Assembly: GCA_051362555.1 (NCBI GenBank) | Contig: CM120649.1 | Span: 20,258,066 to 20,311,182, forward strand | Reading direction: 5' to 3' | Source: Lingula anatina | Lineage: Eukaryota; Animalia; Brachiopoda | Length of the DNA stretch: 53,117 nt | Shown: piece by piece, positions 1-11,100 of the stretch | How positions within the stretch are numbered: position 1 is the stretch's first letter | Layout of the letters: every line of letters starts with the position of its first letter | Made by a program: the position numbers and the translations under genes | The notes under the pieces: model-generated | Seen by the model: only the letters and a program-made list of their open reading frames with translations | Told to the model about the DNA's origin: nothing | The model's database searches: none

Positions 1-3000
1 ATTTTTGACGGGGTCATTTTGGGTGATTTGAGTGATTTTCGGTAAGTGTCCGGATATGGCAGTTTTCTTCAATTTTGGCCAGGTAGGGATGAAAAATTTT
101 TTTCTTCAATATTGTGTCAGGTAGGTGTGTTTTGGTCATTTGTAGTGAGGATAAAGTACTGTGAAGAGGGGTGTTGTGTCATTATTAAGGAAGAAATAGA
201 GCAAAAACTCTCTTCCACCCCCCCCCCTCTCCAAATCCTGTTCTCAGGTGTGCTTTCGTGGCAATCTTTAAAGCTGAAATTGGGGGGCTTTAATGAAGTG
301 ACCCGGGCGCGTTTCCACATTTTTTATGAAGTGTCAGGTGTGGTAGATTGATTTTCATCACTTTTTGGAAAAATTTTTGACGGGGTCATTTTTTGGGTGA
401 TTTTGAGTGATTTTCGTAAGGTCCGGATATGGCAGTTTCTTCAATTTTGGCCAGGTAGGGATGAAAAATTTTTTCTTCAATATTGTGTCAGGTAGGTGTG
501 TTTGGTCATTTGTAGTGAGGAAAAAGTACTGGAAGAGTGGTTGTGTCATTATTAAGGAAGAAATAGAGCAAAAACTCTCTCCACCCCCCCCTCTCCAAAT
601 CCTGTTCTCAGGGTGTGCTTTCTGGCAATCTTTAAAGCTGAATTGGGGGCTTTAATGAAGTGACCCGGGCGGCGTTTTCCACATTTTTTATGAATGTCAG
701 GGTGGTGGGTAGAATTGATTTTCATCACTTTTTGGAAAATTTTTTGACGGGTCATTTTTGGGGGTGATTTTGAGTGATTTTCGTAAGGTCCGGATATGGC
801 AGTTTTCTTCAATTTTGGGCCAGGTAGGGATGAAAAATTTTTTTCTTCAATATTGTGTCAGGTAGGTGTGTTTGGTCATTTGTAGTGAGGATAAAGTACT
901 GGAAGAGTGGTTGTGTCATTATTAAGGAAGAAATAGAGCAAAAACTCTCTCCACCCCCCCCTCGTCCAAATCCTGTTCTCAGGTGTGCTTTCTGGCAATC
1001 TTTAAAGCTGAAATTGGGGGCTTTAATGAAGTGACCCGGGCGCGTTTCCACATTTTTTATGAATGTCAGGTGTGGTAAATTGATTTTCATCACTTTTTGG
1101 AAAAATTTTTGACGGGTCATTTTTGGGTGATTTTGAGTGATTTTCGTAAGGTCCGGATATGGCAGTTTTCTTCAATTTTGGCCAGGTAGGGATGAAAAAA
1201 TTTTTTTCTTCAATATTGTGTCAGGTAGGTGTGTTTGGTCATTTGTAGTGAGGATAAAGTACTGGAAGAGTGGTTGTGTCATTATTAAGGAAGAAATAGA
1301 GCAAAAACTCTCTCCACCCCCCCCTCTCCAAATCCTGTCTCAGGTGTGCTTTCTGGCAATCTTTAAAGCTGAAATTGGGGGCTTTAATGAAGTGACCCGG
1401 GCGCGTTTCCACATTTTTTATGAATGTCAGGTGTGGTAAATTGATTTTCATCACTTTTTGGAAAAATTTTTGACGGGTCATTTTTGGGTGATTTTGAGTG
1501 ATTTTCGTAAGGTCCGGATATGGCAGTTTTCTTCAATTTTGGCCAGGTAGGGATGAAAAATTTTTTTCTTCAATATTGTGTCAGGTAGGTGTGTTTGGTC
1601 ATTTGTAGTGAGGATAAAGTACTGGAAGAGTGGTTGTGTCATTATTAAGGAAGAAATAGAGCAAAACTCTCTCCACCCCCCCCTCTCCAAATCCTGTTCT
1701 CAGGTGTGCTTTCTGGCAATCTTTAAAGCTGAAATTGGGGGCTTTAATGAAGTGACCCGGGCGCGTTTCCACATTTTTTATGAATGTCAGGTGTGGTAAA
1801 TTGATTTTCATCACTTTTTGGAAAAATTTTTGACGGGTCATTTTTGGGTGATTTTGAGTGATTTTCGTAAGGTCTGGATATGGCAGTTTTCTTCAATTTT
1901 GGCCAGGTAGGGATGAAAAATTTTTTTCTTCAATATTGTGTCAGGTAGGTGTGTTTGGTCATTTGTAGTGAGGATAAAGTACTGGAAGAGTGGTTGTGTC
2001 ATTATTAAGGAAGAAATAGAGCAAAAACTCTCTCCACCCCCCCCCTCTCCAAATCCTGTTCTCAGGTGTGCTTTCTGGCAATCTTTAAAGCTGAAATTGG
2101 GGGCTTTAATGAAGTGACCCGGGCGCGTTTCCACATTTTTTATGAATGTCAGGTGTGGTAAATTGATTTTCATCACTTTTTGGAAAAATTTTTGACGGGT
2201 CATTTTTGGGTGATTTTGAGTGATTTTCGTAAGGTCCGGATATGGCAGTTTTCTTCAATTTTGGCCAGGTAGGGATGAAAAATTTTTTTCTTCAATATTG
2301 TGTCAGGTAGGTGTGTTTGGTCATTTGTAGTGAGGATAAAGTACTGGAAGAGTGGTTGTGTCATTATTAAGGAAGAAATAGAGCAAAAACTCTCTCCACC
2401 CCCCCCCTCTCCAAATCCTGTTCTCAGGTGTGCTTTCTGGCAATCTTTAAAGCTGAAATTGGGGGCTTTAATGAAGTGACCCGGGCGCGTTTCCACATTT
2501 TTTATGAATGTCAGGTGTGGTAAATTGATTTTCATCACTTTTTGGAAAATTTTTGACGGGTCATTTTTGGGTGATTTTGAGTGATTTTCGTAAGGTCCGG
2601 ATATGGCAGTTTTCTTCAATTTTGGCCAGGTAGGGATGAAAAATTTTTTTCTTCAATATTGTGTCAGGTAGGTGTGTTTGGTCATTTGTAGTGAGGATAA
2701 AGTACTGGAAGAGTGGTTGTGTCATTATTAAGGAAGAAATAGAGCAAAAACTCTCTCCACCCCCCCCTCTCCAAATCCTGTTCTCAGGTGTGCTTTCTGG
2801 CAATCTTTAAAGCTGAAATTGGGGGCTTTAATGAAGTGACCCGGGCGCGTTTCCACATTTTTTATGAATGTCAGGTGTGGTAAATTGATTTTCATCACTT
2901 TTTGGAAAAATTTTTGACGGGTCATTTTTGGGTGATTTTGAGTGATTTTCGTAAGGTCCGGATATGGCAGTTTTCTTCAATTTTGGCCAGGTAGGGATGA

Positions 3001-6000
3001 AAAATTTTTTTCTTCAATATTGTGTCAGGTAGGTGTGTTTGGTCATTTGTAGTGAGGATAAAGTACTGGAAGAGTGGTTGTGTCATTATTAAGGAAGAAA
3101 TAGAGCAAAAACTCTCTCCACCCCCCCCTCTCCAAATCCTGTTCTCAGGTGTGCTTTCTGGCAATCTTTAAAGCTGAAATTGGGGGCTTTAATGAAGTGA
3201 CCCGGGCGCGTTTCCACATTTTTTATGAATGTCAGGTGTGGTAAATTGATTTTCATCACTTTTTGGAAAAATTTTTGACGGGTCATTTTTGGGTGATTTT
3301 GAGTGATTTTCGTAAGGTCCGGATATGGCAGTTTTCTTCAATTTTGGCCAGGTAGGGATGAAAAATTTTTTTCTTCAATATTGTGTCAGGTAGGTGTGTT
3401 TGGTCATTTGTAGTGAGGATAAAGTACTGAAGAGTGGTTGTGTCATTATTAAGGAAGAAATAGAGCAAAAACTCTCTCCACCCCCCCCTCTCCAAATCCT
3501 GTTCTCAGGTGTGCTTTCTGGCAATCTTTAAAGCTGAAATTGGGGGCTTTAATGAAGTGACCCGGGCGCGTTTCCACATTTTTTATGAATGTCAGGTGTG
3601 GTAAATTGATTTTCATCACTTTTTGGAAAAATTTTTGACGGTCATTTTTGGGTGATTTTGAGTGATTTTCGTAAGGTCCGGATATGGCAGTTTTCTTCAA
3701 TTTTGGCCAGGTAGGGATGAAAAATTTTTTTCTTCAATATTGTGTCAGGTAGGTGTGTTTGGTCATTTGTAGTGAGGATAAAGTACTGGAAGAGTGGTTG
3801 TGTCATTATTAAGGAAGAAATAGAGCAAAAACTCTCTCCACCCCCCCCTCTCCAAATCCTGTTCTCAGGTGTGCTTTCTGGCAATCTTTAAAGCTGAAAT
3901 TGGGGGCTTTAATGAAGTGACCCGGGCGCGTTTCCACATTTTTTATGAATGTCAGGTGTGGTAAATTGATTTTCATCACTTTTTGGAAAAATTTTTGACG
4001 GGTCATTTTTGGGTGATTTTGAGTGATTTTCGTAAGGTCCGGATATGGCAGTTTTCTTCAATTTTGGCCAGGTAGGGATGAAAATTTTTTTCTTCAATAT
4101 TGTGTCAGGTAGGTGTGTTTGGTCATTTGTAGTGAGGATAAAGTACTGGAAGAGTGGTTGTGTCATTATTAAGGAAGAAATAGAGCAAAAACTCTCTCCA
4201 CCCCCCCTCTCCAAATCCTGTTCTCAGGTGTGCTTTCTGGCAATCTTTAAAGCTGAAATTGGGGGCTTTAATGAAGTGACCCGGGCGCGTTTCCACATTT
4301 TTTATGAATGTCAGGTGTGGTAAATTGATTTTCATCACTTTTTGGAAAAAATTTTTGACGGGTCATTTTTGGGTGATTTTGAGTGATTTTCGTAAGGTCC
4401 GGATATGGCAGTTTTCTTCAATTTTGGCCAGGTAGGGATGAAAAATTTTTTTCTTCAATATTGTGTCAGGTAGGTGTGTTTGGTCATTTGTAGTGAGGAT
4501 AAAGTACTGGAAGAGTGGTTGTGTCATTATTAAGGAAGAAATAGAGCAAAAACTCTCTCCACCCCCCCCCCTCTCCAAATCCTGTTCTCAGGTGTGCTTT
4601 CTGGCAATCTTTAAAGCTGAAATTGGGGGCTTTAATGAAGTGACCCGGGCGCGTTTCCACATTTTTTATGAATGTCAGGTGTGGTAAATTGATTTTCATC
4701 ACTTTTTGGAAAAATTTTTGACGGGTCATTTTTGGGTGATTTTGAGTGATTTTCGTAAGGTCCGGATATGGCAGTTTTCTTCAATTTTGGCCAGGTAGGG
4801 ATGAAAATTTTTTTCTTCAATATTGTGTCAGGTAGGTGTGTTTGGTCATTTGTAGTGAGGATAAAGTACTGGAAGAGTGGTTGTGTCATTATTAAGGAAG
4901 AAATAGAGCAAAAACTCTCTCCACCCCCCCCCCTCTCCAAATCCTGTTCTCAGGTGTGCTTTCTGGCAATCTTTAAAGCTGAAATTGGGGGCTTTAATGA
5001 AGTGACCCGGGCGCGTTTCCACATTTTTTATGAATGTCAGGTGTGGTAAATTGATTTTCATCACTTTTTGGAAAAATTTTTGACGGGTCATTTTTGGGTG
5101 ATTTTGAGTGATTTTCGTAAGGTCCGGATATGGCAGTTTTCTTCAATTTTGGCCAGGTAGGGATGAAAAATTTTTTTTCTTCAATATTGTGTCAGGTAGG
5201 TGTGTTTGGTCATTTGTAGTGAGGATAAAGTACTGGAAGAGTGGTTGTGTCATTATTAAGGAAGAAATAGAGCAAAAACTCTCTCCACCCCCCCCCTCTC
5301 CAAATCCTGTTCTCAGGTGTGCTTTCTGGCAATCTTTAAAGCTGAAATTGGGGGCTTTAATGAAGTGACCCGGGCGCGTTTCCACATTTTTTATGAATGT
5401 CAGGTGTGGTAAATTGATTTTCATCACTTTTGAAAAATTTTTGACGGGTCATTTTTGGGTGATTTTGAGTGATTTTCGTAAGGTCCGGATATGGCAGTTT
5501 TCTTCAATTTTGGCCAGGTAGGGATGAAAAATTTTTTTCTTCAATATTGTGTCAGGTAGGTGTGTTTGGTCATTTGTAGTGAGGATAAAGTACTGGAAGA
5601 GTGGTTGTGTCATTATTAAGGAAGAAATAGAGCAAAAACTCTCTCCACCCCCCCCTCTCAAATCCTGTTCTCAGGTGTGCTTTCTGGCAATCTTTAAAGC
5701 TGAAATTGGGGGCTTTAATGAAGTGACCCGGGCGCGTTTCCACATTTTTATGAATGTCAGGTGTGGTAAATTGATTTTCATCACTTTTTGGAAAAATTTT
5801 TACGGGTCATTTTTGGGTGATTTTGAGTGATTTTCGTAAGGTCCGGATATGGCAGTTTTCTTCAATTTTGGCCAGGTAGGGATGAAAAATTTTTTTCTTC
5901 AATATTGTGTCAGGTAGGTGTGTTTGGTCATTTGTAGTGAGGATAAAGTACTGGAAGAGTGGTTGTGTCATTATTAAGAAGAAATAGAGCAAAAAACTCT

Positions 6001-8029
6001 CTCCACCCCCCCCCTCTCCAAATCCTGTTCTCAGGTGTGCTTTCTGGCAATCTTTAAAGCTGAAATTGGGGGCTTTAATGAAGTGACCCGGGCGCGTTTC
6101 CACATTTTTTATGAATGTCAGGTGTGGTAAATTGATTTCATCACTTTTGGAAAAATTTTTGACGGGTCATTTTTGGGTGATTTTGAGTGATTTTCGTAAG
6201 GTCCGGATATGGCAGTTTTCTTCAATTTTGGCCAGGTAGGGATGAAAAATTTTTTTCTTCAATATTGTGTCAGGTAGGTGTGTTTGGTCATTTGTAGTGA
6301 GGATAAAGTACTGGAAGAGTGGTTGTGTCATTATTAAGGAAGAAATAGAGCAAAAACTCTCTCCACCCCCCCCCCCCTCTCCAAATCCTGTTCTCAGGTG
6401 TGCTTTCTGGCAATCTTTAAAGCTGAAATTGGGGGCTTTAATGAAGTGACCCGGGCGCGTTTCCACATTTTTTATGAATGTCAGGTGTGGTAAATTGATT
6501 TTCATCACTTTTTGGAAAAATTTTTGACGGGTCATTTTTGGGTGATTTTGAGTGATTTTCGTAAGGTCCGGATATGGCAGTTTTCTTCAATTTTGGCCAG
6601 GTAGGGATGAAAAATTTTTTTCTTCAATATTGTGTCAGGTAGGTGTGTTTGGTCATTTGTAGTGAGGATAAAGTACTGGAAGAGTGGTTGTGTCATTATT
6701 AAGGAAGAAATAGAGCAAAAACTCTCTCCACCCCCCCCCCTCTCCAAATCCTGTTCTCAGGTGTGCTTTCTGGCAATCTTTAAAGCTGAAATTGGGGGCT
6801 TTAATGAAGTGACCCGGGCGCGTTTCCACATTTTTATGAATGTCAGGTGTGGTAAATTGATTTTCATCACTTTTTGGAATAATTTTTGACGGGTCATTTT
6901 TGGGTGATTTTGAGTGATTTTCGTAAGGTCCGGATATGGCAGTTTTCTTCAATTTTGGCCAGGTAGGGATGAAAAATTTTTTTCTTCAATATTGTGTCAG
7001 GTAGGTGTGTTTGGTCATTTGTAGTGAGGATAAAGTACTGGAAGAGTGGTTGTGTCATTATTAAGGAAGAAATAGAGCAAAAACTCTCTCCACCCCCCCC
7101 CTCTCCAAATCCTGTTCTCAGGTGTGCTTTCTGGCAATCTTTAAAGCTGAAATTGGGGGCTTTAATGAAGTGACCCGGGCGCGTTTCCACATTTTTTATG
7201 AATGTCAGGTGTGGTAAATTGATTTTCATCACTTTTTGGAAAAATTTTTGACGGGTCATTTTTGGGTGATTTTGAGTGATTTTCGTAAGGTCCGGATATG
7301 GCAGTTTTCTTCAATTTTGGCCAGGTAGGGATGAAAAATTTTTTTCTTCAATATTGTGTCAGGTAGGTGTGTTTGGTCATTTGTAGTGAGGATAAAGTAC
7401 TGGAAGAGTGGTTGTGTCATTATTAAGGAAGAAATAGAGCAAAAACTCTCTCCACCCCCCCCCCTCTCCAAATCCTGTTCTCAGGTGTGCTTTCTGGCAA
7501 TCTTTAAAGCTGAAATTGGGGGCTTTAATGAAGTGACCCGGGCGCGTTTCCACATTTTTTATGAATGTCAGGTGTGGTAAATTGATTTTCATCACTTTTT
7601 GGAAAAATTTTTGACGGGTCATTTTTGGGTGATTTTGAGTGATTTTCGTAAGGTCCGGATATGGCAGTTTTCTTCAATTTTGGCCAGGTAGGGATGAAAA
7701 ATTTTTTTCTTCAATATTGTGTCAGGTAGGTGTGTTTGGTCATTTGTAGTGAGGATAAAGTACTGGAAGAGTGGTTGTGTCATTATTAAGGAAGAAATAG
7801 AGCAAAAACTCTCTCCACCCCCCCCCTCTCCAAATCCTGTTCTCAGGTGTGCTTTCTGGCAATCTTTAAAGCTGAAATTGGGGGCTTTAATGAAGTGACC
7901 CGGGCGCGTTTCCACATTTTTTATGAATGTCAGGTGTGGTAAATTGATTTTCATCACTTTTTGGAAAAATTTTTGACGGGTCATTTTTGGGTGATTTTGA
8001 GTGATTTTCGTAAGGTCCGGATATGGCAG

Positions 8030-8092
8030 TTTTCTTCAATTTTGGCCAGGTAGGGATGAAAAATTTTTTTCTTCAATATTGTGTCAGGTAGG
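8030..8092 (+). repeat. Internal direct sub-repeat in each monomer (example coordinates)
   Basis: TTTTCTTCAATTTTG-GCCAGGTAGG (8030-8054) versus TTTTCTTCAATATTGTGTCAGGTAGG (8067-8092): 23/26 identical, 37-bp offset. Confidence 0.88.
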
Positions 8093-8170
8093 TGTGTTTG
8101 GTCATTTGTAGTGAGGATAAAGTACTGGAAGAGTGGTTGTGTCATTATTAAGGAAGAAATAGAGCAAAAA

Positions 8171-8193
8171 CTCTCTCCACCCCCCCCCTCTCC
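8171..8193 (+). repeat. Length-variable poly-C / polypyrimidine tract CTCTCTCCA(C)7-12TCTCC, one per monomer (example coordinates)
   Basis: C7 in the unit at 25340 (360 bp), C8 in 361-bp units, C9 in 362-bp units, and C12 in the units at 26061, 27512 and 34025 (365 bp). Confidence 0.9.
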
Positions 8194-11100
8194 AAATCCT
8201 GTTCTCAGGTGTGCTTTCTGGCAATCTTTAAAGCTGAAATTGGGGGCTTTAATGAAGTGACCCGGGCGCGTTTCCACATTTTTTATGAATGTCAGGTGTG
8301 GTAAATTGATTTTCATCACTTTTTGGAAAAATTTTTGACGGGTCATTTTTGGGTGATTTTGAGTGATTTTCGTAAGGTCCGGATATGGCAGTTTTCTTCA
8401 ATTTTGGCCAGGTAGGGATGAAAAATTTTTTTCTTCAATATTGTGTCAGGTAGGTGTGTTTGGTCATTTGTAGTGAGGATAAAGTACTGGAAGAGTGGTT
8501 GTGTCATTATTAAGGAAGAAATAGAGCAAAAACTCTCTCCACCCCCCCCCTCTCCAAATCCTGTTCTCAGGTGTGCTTTCTGGCAATCTTTAAAGCTGAA
8601 ATTGGGGGCTTTAATGAAGTGACCCGGGCGCGTTTCCACATTTTTTATGAATGTCAGGTGTGGTAAATTGATTTTCATCACTTTTTGGAAAAATTTTTGA
8701 CGGGTCATTTTTGGGTGATTTTGAGTGATTTTCGTAAGGTCCGGATATGGCAGTTTTCTTCAATTTTGGCCAGGTAGGGATGAAAAATTTTTTTCTTCAA
8801 TATTGTGTCAGGTAGGTGTGTTTGGTCATTTGTAGTGAGGATAAAGTACTGGAAGAGTGGTTGTGTCATTATTAAGGAAGAAATAGAGCAAAAACTCTCT
8901 CCACCCCCCCCTCTCCAAATCCTGTTCTCAGGTGTGCTTTCTGGCAATCTTTAAAGCTGAAATTGGGGGCTTTAATGAAGTGACCCGGGCGCGTTTCCAC
9001 ATTTTTTATGAATGTCAGGTGTGGTAAATTGATTTTCATCACTTTTTGGAAAAATTTTTGACGGGTCATTTTTGGGTGATTTTGAGTGATTTTCGTAAGG
9101 TCCGGATATGGCAGTTTTCTTCAATTTTGGCCAGGTAGGGATGAAAAATTTTTTTCTTCAATATTGTGTCAGGTAGGTGTGTTTGGTCATTTGTAGTGAG
9201 GATAAAGTACTGGAAGAGTGGTTGTGTCATTATTAAGGAAGAAATAGAGCAAAAACTCTCTCCACCCCCCCCCTCTCCAAATCCTGTTCTCAGGTGTGCT
9301 TTCTGGCAATCTTTAAAGCTGAAATTGGGGGCTTTAATGAAGTGACCCGGGCGCGTTTCCACATTTTTTATGAATGTCCAGGTGTGGTAAATTGATTTCA
9401 TCACTTTTTGGAAAAATTTTTGACGGGTCATTTTTGGGTGATTTTGAGTGATTTTCGTAAGGTCCGGATATGGCAGTTTTCTTCAATTTTGGCCAGGTAG
9501 GGATGAAAAATTTTTTTCTTCAATATTGTGTCAGGTAGGTGTGTTTGGTCATTTGTAGTGAGGATAAAGTACTGGAAGAGTGGTTGTGTCATTATTAAGG
9601 AAGAAATAGAGCAAAAACTCTCTCCACCCCCCCCTCTCCAAATCCTGTTCTCAGGTGTGCTTTCTGGCAATCTTTAAAGCTGAAATTGGGGGCTTTAATG
9701 AAGTGACCCGGGCGCGTTTCCACATTTTTTATGAATGTCAGGTGTGGTAAATTGATTTTCATCACTTTTTGGAAAAATTTTTGACGGGTCATTTTTGGGT
9801 GATTTTGAGTGATTTTCGTAAGGTCCGGATATGGCAGTTTTCTTCAATTTTGCCAGGTAGGGATGAAAAATTTTTTTCTTCAATATTGTGTCAGGTAGGT
9901 GTGTTTGGTCATTTTGTAGTGAGGATAAAGTACTGGAAGAGTGGTTGTGTCATTATTAAGGAAGAAATAGAGCAAAAACTCTCTCCACCCCCCCCCTCTC
10001 CAAATCCTGTTCTCAGGTGTGCTTTCTGGCAATCTTTAAAGCTGAAATTGGGGGCTTTAATGAAGTGACCCGGGCGCGTTTCCACATTTTTTATGAATGT
10101 CAGGTGTGGTAAATTGATTTTCATCACTTTTTGGAAAAATTTTTGACGGGTCATTTTTGGGTGATTTTGAGTGATTTTCGTAAGGTCCGGATATGGCAGT
10201 TTTCTTCAATTTTGGCCAGGTAGGGATGAAAAATTTTTTTCTTCAATATTGTGTCAGGTAGGTGTGTTTGGTCATTTGTAGTGAGGATAAAGTACTGGAA
10301 GAGTGGTTGTGTCATTATTAAGGAAGAAATAGAGCAAAAACTCTCTCCACCCCCCCCCTCTCCAAATCCTGTTCTCAGGTGTGCTTTCTGGCAATCTTTA
10401 AAGCTGAAATTGGGGGCTTTAATGAAGTGACCCGGGCGCGTTTCCCACATTTTTTATGAATGTCAGGTGTGGTAAATTGATTTTCATCACTTTTTGGAAT
10501 AATTTTTGACGGGTCATTTTTGGGTGATTTTGAGTGATTTTCGTAAGGTCCGGATATGGCAGTTTTCTTCAATTTTGGCCAGGTAGGGATGAAAAATTTT
10601 TTTCTTCAATATTGTGTCAGGTAGGTGTGTTTGGTCATTTGTAGTGAGGATAAAGTACTGGAAGAGTGGTTGTGTCATTATTAAGGAAGAAATAGAGCAA
10701 AAACTCTCTCCACCCCCCCCCTCTCCAAATCCTGTTCTCAGGTGTGCTTTCTGGCAATCTTTAAAGCTGAAATTGGGGGCTTTAATGAAGTGACCCGGGC
10801 GCGTTTCCACATTTTTTATGAATGTCAGGTGTGGTAAATTGATTTTCATCACTTTTTGGAAAAATTTTTGACGGGTCATTTTTGGGTGATTTTGAGTGAT
10901 TTTCGTAAGGTCCGGATATGGCAGTTTTCTTCAATTTTGGCCAGGTAGGGATGAAAAATTTTTTTCTTCAATATTGTGTCAGGTAGGTGTGTTTGGTCAT
11001 TTGTAGTGAGGATAAAGTACTGGAAGAGTGGTTGTGTCATTATTAAGGAAGAAATAGAGCAAAAACTCTCTCCACCCCCCCCTCTCCAAATCCTGTTCTC

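Larger units (their letters stand above)
7981..8342 (+). repeat. Representative monomer (362 bp, C9 allele, domain A type)
   Basis: Clean unit between successive GACGGG|TCATTTTTGG junctions; the phase is arbitrary. Hand count gives 144/362 G+C and 6 CpG. Single sites for TCCGGA, TGGCCA, AATATT, AGTACT, TTTAAA and CCCGGG. Confidence 0.97.

Noticed and set aside
1-1000. Diverged array edge suggesting a transition to flanking sequence
   Set aside because: The differences are almost all single-base insertions or deletions typical of low-coverage read ends, and no non-satellite sequence appears.
8046-8300. Telomeric repeats (TCAGG / TTAGG-like)
   Set aside because: TCAGG, CCAGG and TAGG occur only as isolated copies per monomer, never in tandem.
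7981-8342. Monomer as a dimer of ~180-bp subunits
   Set aside because: Comparing the two halves by eye shows no similarity at a ~180-bp offset. The visible internal repeats are at ~10, ~37 and possibly ~121 bp.
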